A DNA stretch of 39,232 nucleotides from Eubacteriales bacterium (GCA_045644865.1 JAZRHS010000019.1:1-39232); one strand, 5' to 3'; positions 14,447-24,411 are shown, counted from the stretch's first letter. Notes: generated from the letters alone by a model not told the origin. A program made the numbers and translations.

Positions 14447-16294
14447 ATGGCAAATAACGCGCAAAAGCTTGGAGCTTTGCTTGAAAAAGCCAATACTCTG
14501 CCTCTTTGTCCGGGCGTATATATAATGAAAAACGGGGCTGGAAAGATAATTTATGTTGGAAAGTCCCGAAAGCTGAAAAACAGGGTTTCGCAGTATTTTC
14601 AGAACAGCGCAAAAAATCTAAAAACATCAAGAATGGTTTCGGCGGTCGATAGCTTTGATTATATCGTGTGTAAGACCGAAATGGAAGCCCTTGCTCTTGA
14701 AAACACGCTGATTAAGCAGTACTCTCCAAAGTACAATATAAGACTTAAGGACGCCAAGTCCTATCCCTATATAAAGATAACAGGAGAGGAGTATCCAAGG
14801 CTTCTTTTTACAAGAACAAGACAGGACGACAAGGCAAAATATTTTGGACCTTATAGCGGAACGGCTACAGTTTTTTCTGTGCTTTCTCTCTTATATAAAA
14901 CTCTTGGAATACCTTCCTGTAAAAGAAAATTTCCTCGCGACATCGGCAAGGAAAGACCTTGTATTTACAGGCAGATGAAGCAGTGTTGCGGAGTTTGCGC
15001 GGGCGATGTTACAAAAGAAGAATACAATGACATAATCAGAGCCGCGTCGGATATACTTAGGGGAAATACCGCGAAGGTAAGACGCGCTCTTGAGGAAGAT
15101 ATGATGAAATATGCCGAGGCAGAGAATTTTGAGGCGGCTATAAGATGCAGAAACACGGTTGCGGCGCTTGGAAGGCTTGCGGAAAAGCAAAAGGTAGTGT
15201 CCGCGCCCCACGCCAATCATGATGTGGTTGGAATTTTCAGCGGTGAGCTTTGTATTGCAATATCTCTGCTTAATGTTCGCGGCGGAGTGCTTATAAATAA
15301 ATCCGATTATGTTTTCGGAAATGACAGAGTGGTCGACGACAGCAGTATCGGAAGCTTTTTGTGTGATTATTACAGAGGTAAGGGAGATATTCCGTCAGAA
15401 ATATTACTTTCCTTTGAAATGGACGGCGAGGAGATAGAGCTTGTAGGAGAATATCTTAAATCTTTGTCGGGATACAATGTTGAAATAAGAACCCCCGAGC
15501 GAGGCGACAAAAAAGCCCTTGCCGATATAGCGGTAAGCAACGCCGAGCAGGCGGCTCGCCAATATGTAAGCGAGGCGGAAAAGTCGGATACGCTTTTGGC
15601 TTCTCTTGCCGAGGCGCTTGGACTTGAGGCTCTGCCTGTGCGAATTGAGGCTTACGATATATCCAATCTCGGGGCGGAGCATAAAACGGCGGGAATGATA
15701 GTCTGTGAGGACGGAAGGTTCAAAAAAAGCGACTACAGAAGCTTTACTATAAAAAATGTAGAGGGAACCGACGATTACGCCTCAATGAGAGAGGCACTCT
15801 GCCGTAGGTTTGAGCATATCGGCGACGATGCCGGCTCATTTTCCAATATTCCCGATCTTGTTTTGCTTGACGGCGGTAAAACTCATGTTTCCTGTGTGCG
15901 CCAAGCCCTTGGCGAAATGGGAATAGAAGTTCCTGTTTTCGGTATGGTAAAGGACGAGTTTCACAAGACCCGCGCCCTTTGCGACGAGGAAAACGAAATC
16001 AGTATTGCGGCTGATAAGGAGCTTTTCGTATTTATATATAAAATACAGGAAGAAATTCACCGCTTTACAGTATCTAAAATGACTGCGGCAAAGCTGAAAA
16101 CCCTGAAAACCTCGTCGTTGCAAAAAATAAGCGGAATAGGTGAAAAGAAAGCCAAGGTGCTTCTTTTGACCCTTGGCAGTTTGGAAGCGGTAAAGACCGC
16201 CGAAACAGAGGCGCTTTCCGCTATAAAGGGAATAAGCAAGAGGGACGCGGAAAATATCTATAATTATTTTCACAGCTCGGAGGATAAGAAATGA
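14447..16294 (+). CDS. uvrC: Excinuclease ABC subunit C
   Basis: GIY-YIG N-terminus (GVYIMKNGAGKIIYVGKSRKLKNRVSQYF), a UVR domain, an Endo-V-like region and a C-terminal (HhH)2. The protein is 615 aa. Confidence 0.95.
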   Translation: MANNAQKLGALLEKANTLPLCPGVYIMKNGAGKIIYVGKSRKLKNRVSQYFQNSAKNLKTSRMVSAVDSFDYIVCKTEMEALALENTLIKQYSPKYNIRLKDAKSYPYIKITGEEYPRLLFTRTRQDDKAKYFGPYSGTATVFSVLSLLYKTLGIPSCKRKFPRDIGKERPCIYRQMKQCCGVCAGDVTKEEYNDIIRAASDILRGNTAKVRRALEEDMMKYAEAENFEAAIRCRNTVAALGRLAEKQKVVSAPHANHDVVGIFSGELCIAISLLNVRGGVLINKSDYVFGNDRVVDDSSIGSFLCDYYRGKGDIPSEILLSFEMDGEEIELVGEYLKSLSGYNVEIRTPERGDKKALADIAVSNAEQAARQYVSEAEKSDTLLASLAEALGLEALPVRIEAYDISNLGAEHKTAGMIVCEDGRFKKSDYRSFTIKNVEGTDDYASMREALCRRFEHIGDDAGSFSNIPDLVLLDGGKTHVSCVRQALGEMGIEVPVFGMVKDEFHKTRALCDEENEISIAADKELFVFIYKIQEEIHRFTVSKMTAAKLKTLKTSSLQKISGIGEKKAKVLLLTLGSLEAVKTAETEALSAIKGISKRDAENIYNYFHSSEDKK

Positions 16295-16842
16295 GAATAA
16301 TAACAGGAAGCGCAAAGGGAATAAAGCTTCTTACACTTGAGGGGCTTGAAACACGCCCTACGGCAGAGCGTGCCAAGGAAGCGGTGTTTTCAATGCTTCA
16401 GTTTGATATAGAGGGCAGACGGGTGCTTGACCTGTTTTCGGGTTCAGGACAGATGGCTCTTGAAGCACTCAGCAGAGGGGCTGATTCTGCTGTAATGCTT
16501 GACAGCTCCAAGGACGCGGTAAACATAATAAATAAGAACGCTGAGAAAACTCGCCTTTCTAATAAATGCAAGGTGCTTTGCACAGATTGCTTTGAGTATA
16601 TCAAGCGCAACAGGGGTGAGAAGTTCGACATCGTGTTTATAGATCCACCTTACGCCCTTAAGCTTGTCGAAAAATCAATCAAGGCTCTTGTTGATGGTGA
16701 AATGCTTAAACCCACCACCCTTATCGTGTGCGAGGGTGCGGAGCAGAATGTGTTTACCGACAGCGACTTTGAGAAAAGATTTGAGGTTGTAAAAAGCGGA
16801 AAATACGGCGTGGCTTATATCCATATTTTTAAGGAGGCGTAA
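16291..16842 (+). CDS. rsmD: 16S rRNA (guanine966-N2)-methyltransferase RsmD
   Basis: MRIITG..KG..L....G..TRPT..R.KEAVF, the SAM motif DLFSGSG and DPPY. An ATGA overlap couples it to uvrC. Confidence 0.9.
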   Translation: MRIITGSAKGIKLLTLEGLETRPTAERAKEAVFSMLQFDIEGRRVLDLFSGSGQMALEALSRGADSAVMLDSSKDAVNIINKNAEKTRLSNKCKVLCTDCFEYIKRNRGEKFDIVFIDPPYALKLVEKSIKALVDGEMLKPTTLIVCEGAEQNVFTDSDFEKRFEVVKSGKYGVAYIHIFKEA

Positions 16843-16843
16843 A

Positions 16844-17320
16844 ATGAGTGTCGCTATAATTCCCGGTAGCTTTGACCCTATGACCGTAGGGCATGTTGAT
16901 GTTATAGAACGCGCGTCAAAAATTTTTGATCGGGTTATTGTTATGGTTATGGTCAACCGCGAAAAAAAATATATGTTTTCGATAGAAGAAAGAACCGAGT
17001 TTGCCAAGCTTTCCTGCAGCCACCTTTCAAATGTAGAGGTTATGTGCAGCGAGGGAATGCTTATTGATGTTGTTGATGAGCTTGGAGCGAATGTTATAAT
17101 AAAGGGCGTGAGAAGCGTAAAGGATTTCAGCTACGAGCAGGTTCAGGCATATTGGAACAAGGAGCATAACCCCAAGGCTGAAACAATGTATTTGCCAAGC
17201 AACCCCAAGTTTAAGCGTGTCAGCTCCACTATGGTGCGAAAGCTTATTGACGAGGGTAAGAGGCTTGACGGGGTACTTATGCCCGCGGTTATTTCAAGGC
17301 TTAAGGCTGATAAAAATTGA
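16844..17320 (+). CDS. coaD: Phosphopantetheine adenylyltransferase
   Basis: GSFDPMTVGHVDVIERA (the T/HxGH motif) and a 158-aa length. The AAGGAGG RBS lies within the end of rsmD. Confidence 0.95.
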   Translation: MSVAIIPGSFDPMTVGHVDVIERASKIFDRVIVMVMVNREKKYMFSIEERTEFAKLSCSHLSNVEVMCSEGMLIDVVDELGANVIIKGVRSVKDFSYEQVQAYWNKEHNPKAETMYLPSNPKFKRVSSTMVRKLIDEGKRLDGVLMPAVISRLKADKN

Positions 17321-17333
17321 ATATATTACAAAA

Positions 17334-17357
17334 AGAGAGTGCAACGCACTCTCTTTT
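17334..17357 (+). terminator. Terminator after coaD
   Basis: AGAGAGTGC-AAC-GCACTCTCT followed by TTT. Confidence 0.7.
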
Positions 17358-17387
17358 GTCATAAAAGACCAAGCCTTCTCATATAGT
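17358..17387 (+). promoter_or_regulatory. Candidate mother-cell (sigma-E-like) promoter of spoIVA
   Basis: GTCATA (17358-63), a 16-nt spacer, then CATATAGT (17380-87), compared with the B. subtilis sigma-E -10 CATACAnT. It lies about 30 nt upstream of the RBS. This is pattern matching only. Confidence 0.35.
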
Positions 17388-17416
17388 TTAATGAAAACAA
17401 ATCGGGAGGAAGCTTT

Positions 17417-18895
17417 ATGGCGGAACATTCAATTTATAAGGACATAGCACAAAGGACAGGCGGAGACATTTATATAGGCGTTGTTGGGCCTGTAAGAACA
17501 GGAAAATCCACTTTTATTAAGCGCTTTATGGAGGAAATGGTTCTTCCGAATATCGAGGACGCTAATGTCCGCGAAAGGACGAGGGACGAAATGCCTCAAA
17601 GCGCGGCGGGAAAAACTGTTATGACAACAGAACCCAAGTTTATTCCCGACAACGCTGTAAGTATTAGCTTTGGCGACGGCGCGCGGGTGCAGACAAGGCT
17701 TATTGATTGCGTGGGATATATAGTTGACGGCGCAATGGGCGCAATAGAAAACGGTGAGCCGAGAATGGTTCGCACTCCTTGGCGTGATGAGCCAATGCCA
17801 TTTGTTGAAGCAGCCGAAACAGGAACTAAAAAGGTTATAGAGGAGCATTCGACTATAGGAATGTTGGTTACCACCGACGGAAGCGTGGGGGAGATTCCCC
17901 GCGCCAATTACATTGAGGCAGAGCAGAGAATTGTTAATGAGCTTAAGGCGCTTGGCAAGCCCTTTGCCGTGGTGCTTAATTCGGCTAATCCCTCAAACGA
18001 GGCTTCTGTTGCGCTTGCCTATGAGCTTGAAGAAAAATATCAAGCCCCTGTTGCGCTTGTTAACTGCCTTGAGCTTGACCGCGAGGATATAAAGCATATT
18101 CTTGCGCTTGTTTTAAGTGAGTTTCCAATGGCAGAAATGAAGGTGAAAACCCCATCGTGGCTAAATGCTGTGGACGATGACCACAGAATAAAGCTTTCGC
18201 TGCTTGAAAGCATCAGAAAATGTGCGTCGCATATTAAAAAAGTTGGCGATGTGGAGAGCGCCCTTAAAATTCTTGAGGAAAACGAATATGTTGAACGCCT
18301 TTTGGACATAGGCATAGATATGGGAAGCGGTAAAGCCTGTGTGTGCGCCGAGCTGAAGCCGCAGCTCTTTTATGAGGTCGTCAGTGAAATGACGGGAATG
18401 GAAATAAGCGACGATAGTCAGCTTGTTTCAACATTGTGCGAGCTGTCAGCGCTTCGCTCAAAATTCAAGAGGGTTTCGGAGGCACTCGAGGAAGTAGAGG
18501 AAAAGGGCTATGGTATAGTAATGCCCGATGTGAATGAGCTTCGTCTTGAAGAGCCCGAAATAATCAAGCAGTCGGGTGGATACGGCGTAAGACTTCGGGC
18601 GGCAGCGCAGTCTATCCATATGATAAGAGCCAACATTGAAACCGAAATCAATCCCATAGTAGGAAGCGAGCAGCAGTCCGAGGAGCTTATTAAATATGTT
18701 CTTCGTGAGTTTGAGGAAGACCCAAAGCGTATCTGGGAGTCAAATATGTTTGGCAAGAGCCTGTACGCGCTTATGAACGAGGGACTTCACACCAAGCTTT
18801 CCAACATCCCCGAGGAATCAAGAGTTAAGCTTTCTGAAACGCTTGAGAGGATAATCAACGAGGGGAGCGGAGGACTTATTTGTATTATTCTGTAA
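17417..18895 (+). CDS. spoIVA: Stage IV sporulation protein A (spore-coat basement-layer ATPase)
   Basis: The protein is 492 aa, the canonical length. It has the Walker A motif GVVGPVRTGKSTFIKRFM and a conserved C-terminus, GSGGLICIIL. Confidence 0.95.
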   Translation: MAEHSIYKDIAQRTGGDIYIGVVGPVRTGKSTFIKRFMEEMVLPNIEDANVRERTRDEMPQSAAGKTVMTTEPKFIPDNAVSISFGDGARVQTRLIDCVGYIVDGAMGAIENGEPRMVRTPWRDEPMPFVEAAETGTKKVIEEHSTIGMLVTTDGSVGEIPRANYIEAEQRIVNELKALGKPFAVVLNSANPSNEASVALAYELEEKYQAPVALVNCLELDREDIKHILALVLSEFPMAEMKVKTPSWLNAVDDDHRIKLSLLESIRKCASHIKKVGDVESALKILEENEYVERLLDIGIDMGSGKACVCAELKPQLFYEVVSEMTGMEISDDSQLVSTLCELSALRSKFKRVSEALEEVEEKGYGIVMPDVNELRLEEPEIIKQSGGYGVRLRAAAQSIHMIRANIETEINPIVGSEQQSEELIKYVLREFEEDPKRIWESNMFGKSLYALMNEGLHTKLSNIPEESRVKLSETLERIINEGSGGLICIIL

Positions 18896-18910
18896 AAGTT
18901 AATAAAAACG

Positions 18911-18947
18911 GGGCAGAGAACAAAAAATCTCTGCCCTTTTATTTTTT
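18911..18947 (+). terminator. Terminator after spoIVA
   Basis: GGGCAGAGA-N8-TCTCTGCCC followed by TTTTATTTTTT. Confidence 0.8.
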
Positions 18948-18976
18948 ACATATAGGAAAAAATTTCAGCAAGGGAC

Positions 18977-19005
18977 TTGCAAAAAGAAAGCTGATATGAT
19001 ATAAT
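18977..19005 (+). promoter_or_regulatory. Sigma-A promoter for ychF
   Basis: TTGCAA (18977-82), a 17-nt spacer, then extended -10 TGaTATAAT (18997-19005). Confidence 0.6.
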
Positions 19006-19075
19006 AAGGTGTTGTATTAGACACATAAACACTATTGAAAATAAACCCTTGTAAAATAAAGGAGAACAGACAAAA

Positions 19076-20170
19076 ATGAAACTTGGAATAGTAGGACTTC
19101 CCAATGTGGGAAAAAGCACACTTTTTAACGCACTTACAAGCGCAGGCGCTGAATCGGCAAACTACCCCTTCTGCACCATAGAGCCTAATGTGGGCGTTGT
19201 TGCTGTGCCTGACTCCCGTCTTGATGTGCTGGCAGAAATGTATAACCCCGAGAAATATACCCCCGCGGTTATCGAGTTTGTTGACATTGCGGGTCTTGTA
19301 AGAGGCGCGTCCAAGGGTGAGGGATTGGGAAATAAATTCCTTTCACATATACGCGAGGTTGACGCTATTATTCATGTTGTTCGTTGTTTTGAGGACGATA
19401 ACATCATACATGTTGACGGCAATGTTGATCCTATGAGAGATCTTGAAACAATAAATCTTGAGCTTATCTTCTCGGATATAGAGATACTTGACCGTCGCAT
19501 TGACCGCACCAAAAAGGCGATGAAGGGCGACAAAACTCTTGCGGCAGAGGTGGAGCTTCTTGAGCGAATCAAGGGTGTGCTTGAGGAAGGTAAGTGCGCG
19601 AGAACAATAGACTTTACCAAGGACGAGCTTGAGCTTCTTGGCGACTCACAGCTTCTTACACTTAAGCCTATAATTTATGTGGCTAATGTAAGCGAGGATG
19701 AGGCGGGAAGCGAGCCTGTGGGCAACGCTATGTATGACGCGCTTAAGGCTTACGCCGCAAGTGAGCACTCCGAGATAATCTCCGTGTGCGCGGGCATCGA
19801 GGCGGAAATTGCCGAGCTTGATCAGGAAGAAAAGGCGGCCTTTCTTGAGGATATGGGTATTGCCGAAAGCGGACTTGACAGACTTATCAAGGCAAGCTAT
19901 GCTCTTCTTGGACTTATTTCCTATCTTACCGCAGGACCTAAAGAGGTACGCGCTTGGACTATTACAAAGGGAACAAAAGCGCCCCAAGCGGCAGGAAAGA
20001 TACACAGCGACTTTGAGCGCGGCTTTATCCGCGCGGAGGTAGTTGCCTTTGATGACCTTACCAGACTTGGCTCTGTCAACGCAGTTAAGGAAGCGGGACT
20101 TATGCGAAGCGAAGGAAAGGAATATGTTATAAACGACGGCGACATCGTCCTTTTCAGATTTAATGTTTGA
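19076..20170 (+). CDS. ychF: Ribosome-binding ATPase YchF
   Basis: [21 protein letters not shown], a TGS-like C-terminus and a 364-aa length. Confidence 0.95.
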   Translation: MKLGIVGLPNVGKSTLFNALTSAGAESANYPFCTIEPNVGVVAVPDSRLDVLAEMYNPEKYTPAVIEFVDIAGLVRGASKGEGLGNKFLSHIREVDAIIHVVRCFEDDNIIHVDGNVDPMRDLETINLELIFSDIEILDRRIDRTKKAMKGDKTLAAEVELLERIKGVLEEGKCARTIDFTKDELELLGDSQLLTLKPIIYVANVSEDEAGSEPVGNAMYDALKAYAASEHSEIISVCAGIEAEIAELDQEEKAAFLEDMGIAESGLDRLIKASYALLGLISYLTAGPKEVRAWTITKGTKAPQAAGKIHSDFERGFIRAEVVAFDDLTRLGSVNAVKEAGLMRSEGKEYVINDGDIVLFRFNV

Positions 20171-20178
20171 TAAAATAA

Positions 20179-20205
20179 AGGGGCGTATCAAACGCCCCTT
20201 GTTTT
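20179..20205. terminator. Bidirectional terminator between convergent ychF and the DUF975 gene
   Basis: AAGGGGCGT-ATCAA-ACGCCCCTT, flanked by an A-run upstream and GTTTT downstream. Confidence 0.8.
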
Positions 20206-20215
20206 GAAAATTTAA

Positions 20216-20854
20216 TTAGCCCTCTGTTGTTTCTTCGTTGATAAACTCTACTGTTATGGGTTCATCTTTTATCTTGATGTGTGCCTCGTAGAAGTTGGCA
20301 TTAGCCGCCTGCATATAGGGAGTAAGCCAAAGCAGACCTATACCGAAGGTGAAGCAGCAGAGAATTTCCCAACCAATAAAGCTGAAGTGCAGGCAGAACA
20401 GCTCCCATTTGTGCCCGTCCATACGCTTCTTGCTTTCGTCTATACAAGTTTTCCAATCATAGGAAGGATTGTCTATCTTGATGTAGTAAGCCATAGAGTA
20501 TGAGTAGCTCTTAACGATACCGGGAATGAAGAAAAGCAATGACCAAAGAAATGTAAAAATGCCTATCATAAGTTGGAGAAGGAAATTCTGAACAAAGTCA
20601 TTAAATCCATCGAAAAGATTTTCGATTTTTGCTTCCTCTGATCTTGCGAGCTTTACATAAAAGGTAAAAAGACCAATAATAAGCGGACCGGTGAGAAGAA
20701 AAGTTGCTACACTTCCTACATAAGGAACGAAGGAGCAAATTCCTATAATAACCGAATAAATAAGATATGCGGCAAGCGCCAGCATCCATTTACTGCCAAA
20801 GATTTTGCCGCCAAGGTCTTGACGAGCCTTTGCTCTGATTTCATAATTAGTCAT
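20216..20854 (-). CDS. DUF975 family integral membrane protein
   Basis: The N-terminus MTNYEIRAKARQDLGGKIFGSKW and a four-TM layout are typical of DUF975 as I remember it. A GGAGG lies 7 nt upstream. Confidence 0.7.
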   Translation of the reverse strand: MTNYEIRAKARQDLGGKIFGSKWMLALAAYLIYSVIIGICSFVPYVGSVATFLLTGPLIIGLFTFYVKLARSEEAKIENLFDGFNDFVQNFLLQLMIGIFTFLWSLLFFIPGIVKSYSYSMAYYIKIDNPSYDWKTCIDESKKRMDGHKWELFCLHFSFIGWEILCCFTFGIGLLWLTPYMQAANANFYEAHIKIKDEPITVEFINEETTEG

Positions 20855-20953
20855 TTAGGTTACCTCCAAGGTTTATTTTTGGCTACGGTTTAGCCATAAT
20901 TTATTTTAGCACAGAACTCGAATTTTGTCAATAAATTTCAGGAGATTTAAATT

Positions 20954-21622
20954 ATGAGAATGAGAAAAAAGAAGAACGGCACCGCAAGAATAGCGGCGTG
21001 CGGAGAACTGCTTATAAGCAATGTTGAGAATCTTAAAAATGACCCTCAATATGCTTTTGGCGAGAAGAAGCCCTTATACATAGAGATCGGCTGCGGCAAG
21101 GGCAACTTTGCCTGCGGAATTTCCGCCGCTAACCCCGGGGCTAACTTTATCGCAATGGAAAAAGTCCCTGATGTGGCTTGCCTTGCTCTTGAAAAAGCAA
21201 AGAATAGGGCAGATGAACGCCCCGACAATCTTCGTTTTATCATAGGCGACGCCAAAAACCTTTCGGAGTGGTTTCCCGATAGCTGCGCCGACGGAATATA
21301 CCTTAATTTCAGCGACCCGTGGCCCAAGGCGGGACACGCCAAGCGCAGACTTACCTACAGAGCCTTTCTTGAACTTTACAGAAAGCTTCTTAAGGATGGC
21401 GGAGAGCTTATTCTCAAAACCGATAATGTTGGTCTTTTTGACTTCAGCCTTGAGGAGTTTGAGGCTTGCGGACTTGAGGTGGTTTGGTATACACGCGACC
21501 TTCATAATTCCGAGTATAACGAGGGCAATGTAATGACTGAGTACGAGGCTAATTTCTCGTCCAAGGGCTTTTCGATATGCTCCGCTAAAGTAATATTCCG
21601 CAAGGAAACAAAAAATGCGTAA
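20954..21622 (+). CDS. trmB: tRNA (guanine46-N7)-methyltransferase TrmB
   Basis: IEIGCGKGNF...NFSDPWPK..H.KRRL motifs and an AGGAGA RBS. Confidence 0.9.
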   Translation: MRMRKKKNGTARIAACGELLISNVENLKNDPQYAFGEKKPLYIEIGCGKGNFACGISAANPGANFIAMEKVPDVACLALEKAKNRADERPDNLRFIIGDAKNLSEWFPDSCADGIYLNFSDPWPKAGHAKRRLTYRAFLELYRKLLKDGGELILKTDNVGLFDFSLEEFEACGLEVVWYTRDLHNSEYNEGNVMTEYEANFSSKGFSICSAKVIFRKETKNA

Positions 21623-21654
21623 AAGCCTGTAAAAATAATTCTTTGAGGTTTTAT

Positions 21655-22581
21655 ATGTCTGAAAATATTAAAATCGACCCCTGCGGAGTGCTTCTTGTAA
21701 ACAAGCACAAGGGGGTAACATCCCACGATATAGTATATAAGGTTCGCAGGCTTTTCGGCACAAGAAAGGCCGGGCATACGGGTACGCTTGACCCTCTTGC
21801 AACAGGTGTTTTGGTGGTGCTCGTCGGTCGCGCGGCAAAGGCGGCTGAATACCTCGTGTGCGACGAAAAGAAGTACCGAGCCGTAATACGACTTGGTCTT
21901 ACCAGCGATAGCGAGGACATAACGGGAAACATTCTTTCTGTGAGTGATAATTTTCCCGATTTTGACGCGGTAAAGCAGGTGTGCGCCGAGTTTGTGGGAA
22001 ATATAAAGCAGATTCCGCCTATGTATAGCGCTCTTAAGGTTGACGGAAAAAAGCTTGTTGACCTTGCAAGAGAGGGCAAAATCATAGAACGACAGGCGCG
22101 TGATATAACAATTCATTCGCTTTCGGTAACACCTACAGATAGCGAAACCGATTATATTCTTGATGTTCATTGTTCGTCGGGAACATATATCCGTACGCTT
22201 TGTGCCGATATAGGGGCTCGGCTTGGCTGCGGTGCGGTTATGGCTGAACTCAAGCGGTGTGAGGCGGGGGGATTTTCTGTTGAAAACAGCCATAGTATAG
22301 AGGAGCTTGAGCAAATGAGCGAGGGCGAAAGGGGAGAAATGCTTATTCCTATCGAAAGTCTTTTTTCCAGCCTTGACAGCGTGCGACTTGAAGCCTTTTA
22401 CGAAAAGCTTTCAAGAAATGGATGCGAGATATACCAAAAGAAAATAAAAACCTCTTTTGAGGTTGGGGAGCGTGTCCGTATGCTTAATGCCAAGGGTGAA
22501 TTTTACGCCTTGGGTGAGGTGCGGGAGTACTCTGACGGAACAGCGATAAAAGCAATAAAACTCTTTGATTTACAGGAGTAA
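21655..22581 (+). CDS. truB: tRNA pseudouridine55 synthase TruB
   Basis: GVLLVNKHKGVTSHD...GHTGTLDPLATGVL contains the catalytic Asp motif, and a PUA-like C-terminus follows. ATG 21655 has GAGG 5 nt upstream. The track start at 21643 is a TTG overlapping that RBS. Confidence 0.95.
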   Translation: MSENIKIDPCGVLLVNKHKGVTSHDIVYKVRRLFGTRKAGHTGTLDPLATGVLVVLVGRAAKAAEYLVCDEKKYRAVIRLGLTSDSEDITGNILSVSDNFPDFDAVKQVCAEFVGNIKQIPPMYSALKVDGKKLVDLAREGKIIERQARDITIHSLSVTPTDSETDYILDVHCSSGTYIRTLCADIGARLGCGAVMAELKRCEAGGFSVENSHSIEELEQMSEGERGEMLIPIESLFSSLDSVRLEAFYEKLSRNGCEIYQKKIKTSFEVGERVRMLNAKGEFYALGEVREYSDGTAIKAIKLFDLQE

Positions 22582-22583
22582 AA

Positions 22584-23222
22584 ATGAAAATTCTTTATGA
22601 AGATAAAAACATCGTTTTTTGCGTGAAGCCTTCGGGCGTTCTTTCTCAAAGCGATGACAGGGGCAGGGAGAATATGCCCACTCTTCTTTCGGATGCTTGC
22701 GGTTGTGAAATTTACCCTGTTCACAGGCTTGACAGAGAGGTTGGCGGTGTTATGGTGTTTGCCAAAAGCTCCTTTGCCGCCGCAAAAATGTCGGAGATAA
22801 CGTCTTCTCACGAAAGGTTTGTAAAGGAATATCTTGCCGTGGTTGAGGGGCGGCCTGCTGATAGCGGTGTGCTTGAGGACCTGTTGTACCACGACAAAAA
22901 TAAGAACAAGACCTATGTGGTAAAAAAGGAACGCCGCGGTGTAAAGAAGGCAAAGCTTTCTTACGAAGCTCTGAAAAGTATTGTTGAAAATGGCAGGGAA
23001 TTGACTCTTGTCAAGGTTCGGCTGTATACAGGCAGAACTCATCAGATAAGAGTTCAGTTTGCCTCTCGAGGCTTTCCAATAGTGGGCGACCGTCGCTACG
23101 GCGCGTTGGCGGGAGAAAATGAGATACATTTGTTCTCACACAAAATTGAGTTTGAGTCGCCTTTTGACGGCATTTTACACTCATATTCGGCAAATCCCGA
23201 TTTCAAATATATTGAGGACTGA
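22584..23222 (+). CDS. RluA-family pseudouridine synthase (no S4 domain)
   Basis: HRLDREVGGVMVFAK contains the catalytic Asp motif, and GRTHQIRVQFA..G.PIVGD.RYG is also present. Confidence 0.85.
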   Translation: MKILYEDKNIVFCVKPSGVLSQSDDRGRENMPTLLSDACGCEIYPVHRLDREVGGVMVFAKSSFAAAKMSEITSSHERFVKEYLAVVEGRPADSGVLEDLLYHDKNKNKTYVVKKERRGVKKAKLSYEALKSIVENGRELTLVKVRLYTGRTHQIRVQFASRGFPIVGDRRYGALAGENEIHLFSHKIEFESPFDGILHSYSANPDFKYIED

Positions 23223-23239
23223 TTTTTCAGTCCTTTTTT
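23216..23239 (+). terminator. Terminator after the rluA-family gene
   Basis: GGACTGA-TTTT-TCAGTCC followed by TTTTTT. The TGA stop codon lies inside the stem. Confidence 0.8.
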
Positions 23240-23280
23240 GTTTTTAGTCGGTTGTTTCGATGAATTTCGCAGTCTTAGAT

Positions 23281-23289
23281 TGCTATAAT
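23281..23289 (+). promoter_or_regulatory. Extended -10 element upstream of glgD
   Basis: TGcTATAAT at 23281-89. There is no good -35 (TGAATT at 23261-66). Confidence 0.4.
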
Positions 23290-23316
23290 GGTAGTAAGGC
23301 AATATTTTTATAAGGA

Positions 23317-24411
23317 GTGATAGATATTAACATCAACAATGTAGCAGGCGTAATTTTTTCAAATCTGCATGACAGAAGCATACCCGAGCTTACGGGAAAC
23401 AGAACTATGGGGGCAATACCCTTTTGCGGCGGATACCGAATGGTGGATTTTCCTCTTTCGGTTATGTCCAACGCGGGAATAAAAAACATAAGCGTAATTG
23501 CACATCATAATTATGAGTCGCTTGTTGAGCATATCGGAAGCGGCGCAGAATGGGGAATTCCTATTGACAGGGGCGGAGTCAGAATTATTTCGCCGTATAT
23601 GACCGCTTATGCCAAAAAGGGCGGCGAGCAGTATACATCAAGGCTTGAAACTCTTAAAAGTATATGCAACAACCTTGAAAAAATGAAGGAAAAATACATA
23701 GTTATGTGCGACTGTGATTGCATCATCAACATCAATCTCGGAAGAATGCTTGAAACCCACATAAATAACGGTGCGGATATTACTGTAAGCACAGAAACAA
23801 CGCTTAAGACCGACGAGCAGGGAAGAATAACCGAGCTTGACCAAAGCCCCTCGGCGGCGTTTGACCTGAATGTTAATGTTTGGGTGGTAAACAGGGATTA
23901 TCTTGTTGGCGCGGTAAAAAACGCCGTTTCGAGAGGCTACACCGATATGACCCGCGATATATTGGGGCGAAATGTAAGTAAGGACAAATTTTATGTTTAT
24001 CACGCCGATGTTGAGGTCTTGAGGGTGAAAAGTCTGTCCGAGTATTTCAGGGTAAATATGAAGCTGCTTGGCGATAAGGCCTTGAGAGAAAGGCTGCTTG
24101 ACGGAATAAAAAGCCGAAGAAATACCTATATTCCCGTGAAGATAGGAAGCGACGCTATTATTTCCTCGTCTTTTCTTTCCGAGGGGTGCGAGATAAACGG
24201 GACGCTTGAAAATTGTATAGTGTTCAGAGGAGTAAGGGTTGAAAAGGGCGCTGTAGTCAAAAATTCAATACTTTTTCCCGATGTGGCTGTTGCGGAGAAT
24301 GCCAGACTCGATTTCGTTATTGCCGAAAAAAACACAAGCGTAAAAGAGGGAAATGCTCTTTCGGGTTGCAGAATATTACCCTATTTTATAGGCCCGAGAA
24401 AAATTATTTAA
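23317..24411 (+). CDS. glgD: Glucose-1-phosphate adenylyltransferase regulatory subunit GlgD
   Basis: AGVIFSNLHD...LT..R..GAIPFCGGYRMVDFPLS.M.N.GI follows the GlgD pattern and lacks the GlgC GGxGxRL loop. The C-terminus is a left-handed beta-helix. The start codon is unclear (see findings). Confidence 0.8.
   Translation: MIDININNVAGVIFSNLHDRSIPELTGNRTMGAIPFCGGYRMVDFPLSVMSNAGIKNISVIAHHNYESLVEHIGSGAEWGIPIDRGGVRIISPYMTAYAKKGGEQYTSRLETLKSICNNLEKMKEKYIVMCDCDCIININLGRMLETHINNGADITVSTETTLKTDEQGRITELDQSPSAAFDLNVNVWVVNRDYLVGAVKNAVSRGYTDMTRDILGRNVSKDKFYVYHADVEVLRVKSLSEYFRVNMKLLGDKALRERLLDGIKSRRNTYIPVKIGSDAIISSSFLSEGCEINGTLENCIVFRGVRVEKGAVVKNSILFPDVAVAENARLDFVIAEKNTSVKEGNALSGCRILPYFIGPRKII

Noticed and set aside
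17217-17447. 76-aa + strand ORF bridging the coaD end and the spoIVA start
   Set aside because: It is out of frame with both real genes and reads straight through the coaD terminator hairpin. It has no RBS.
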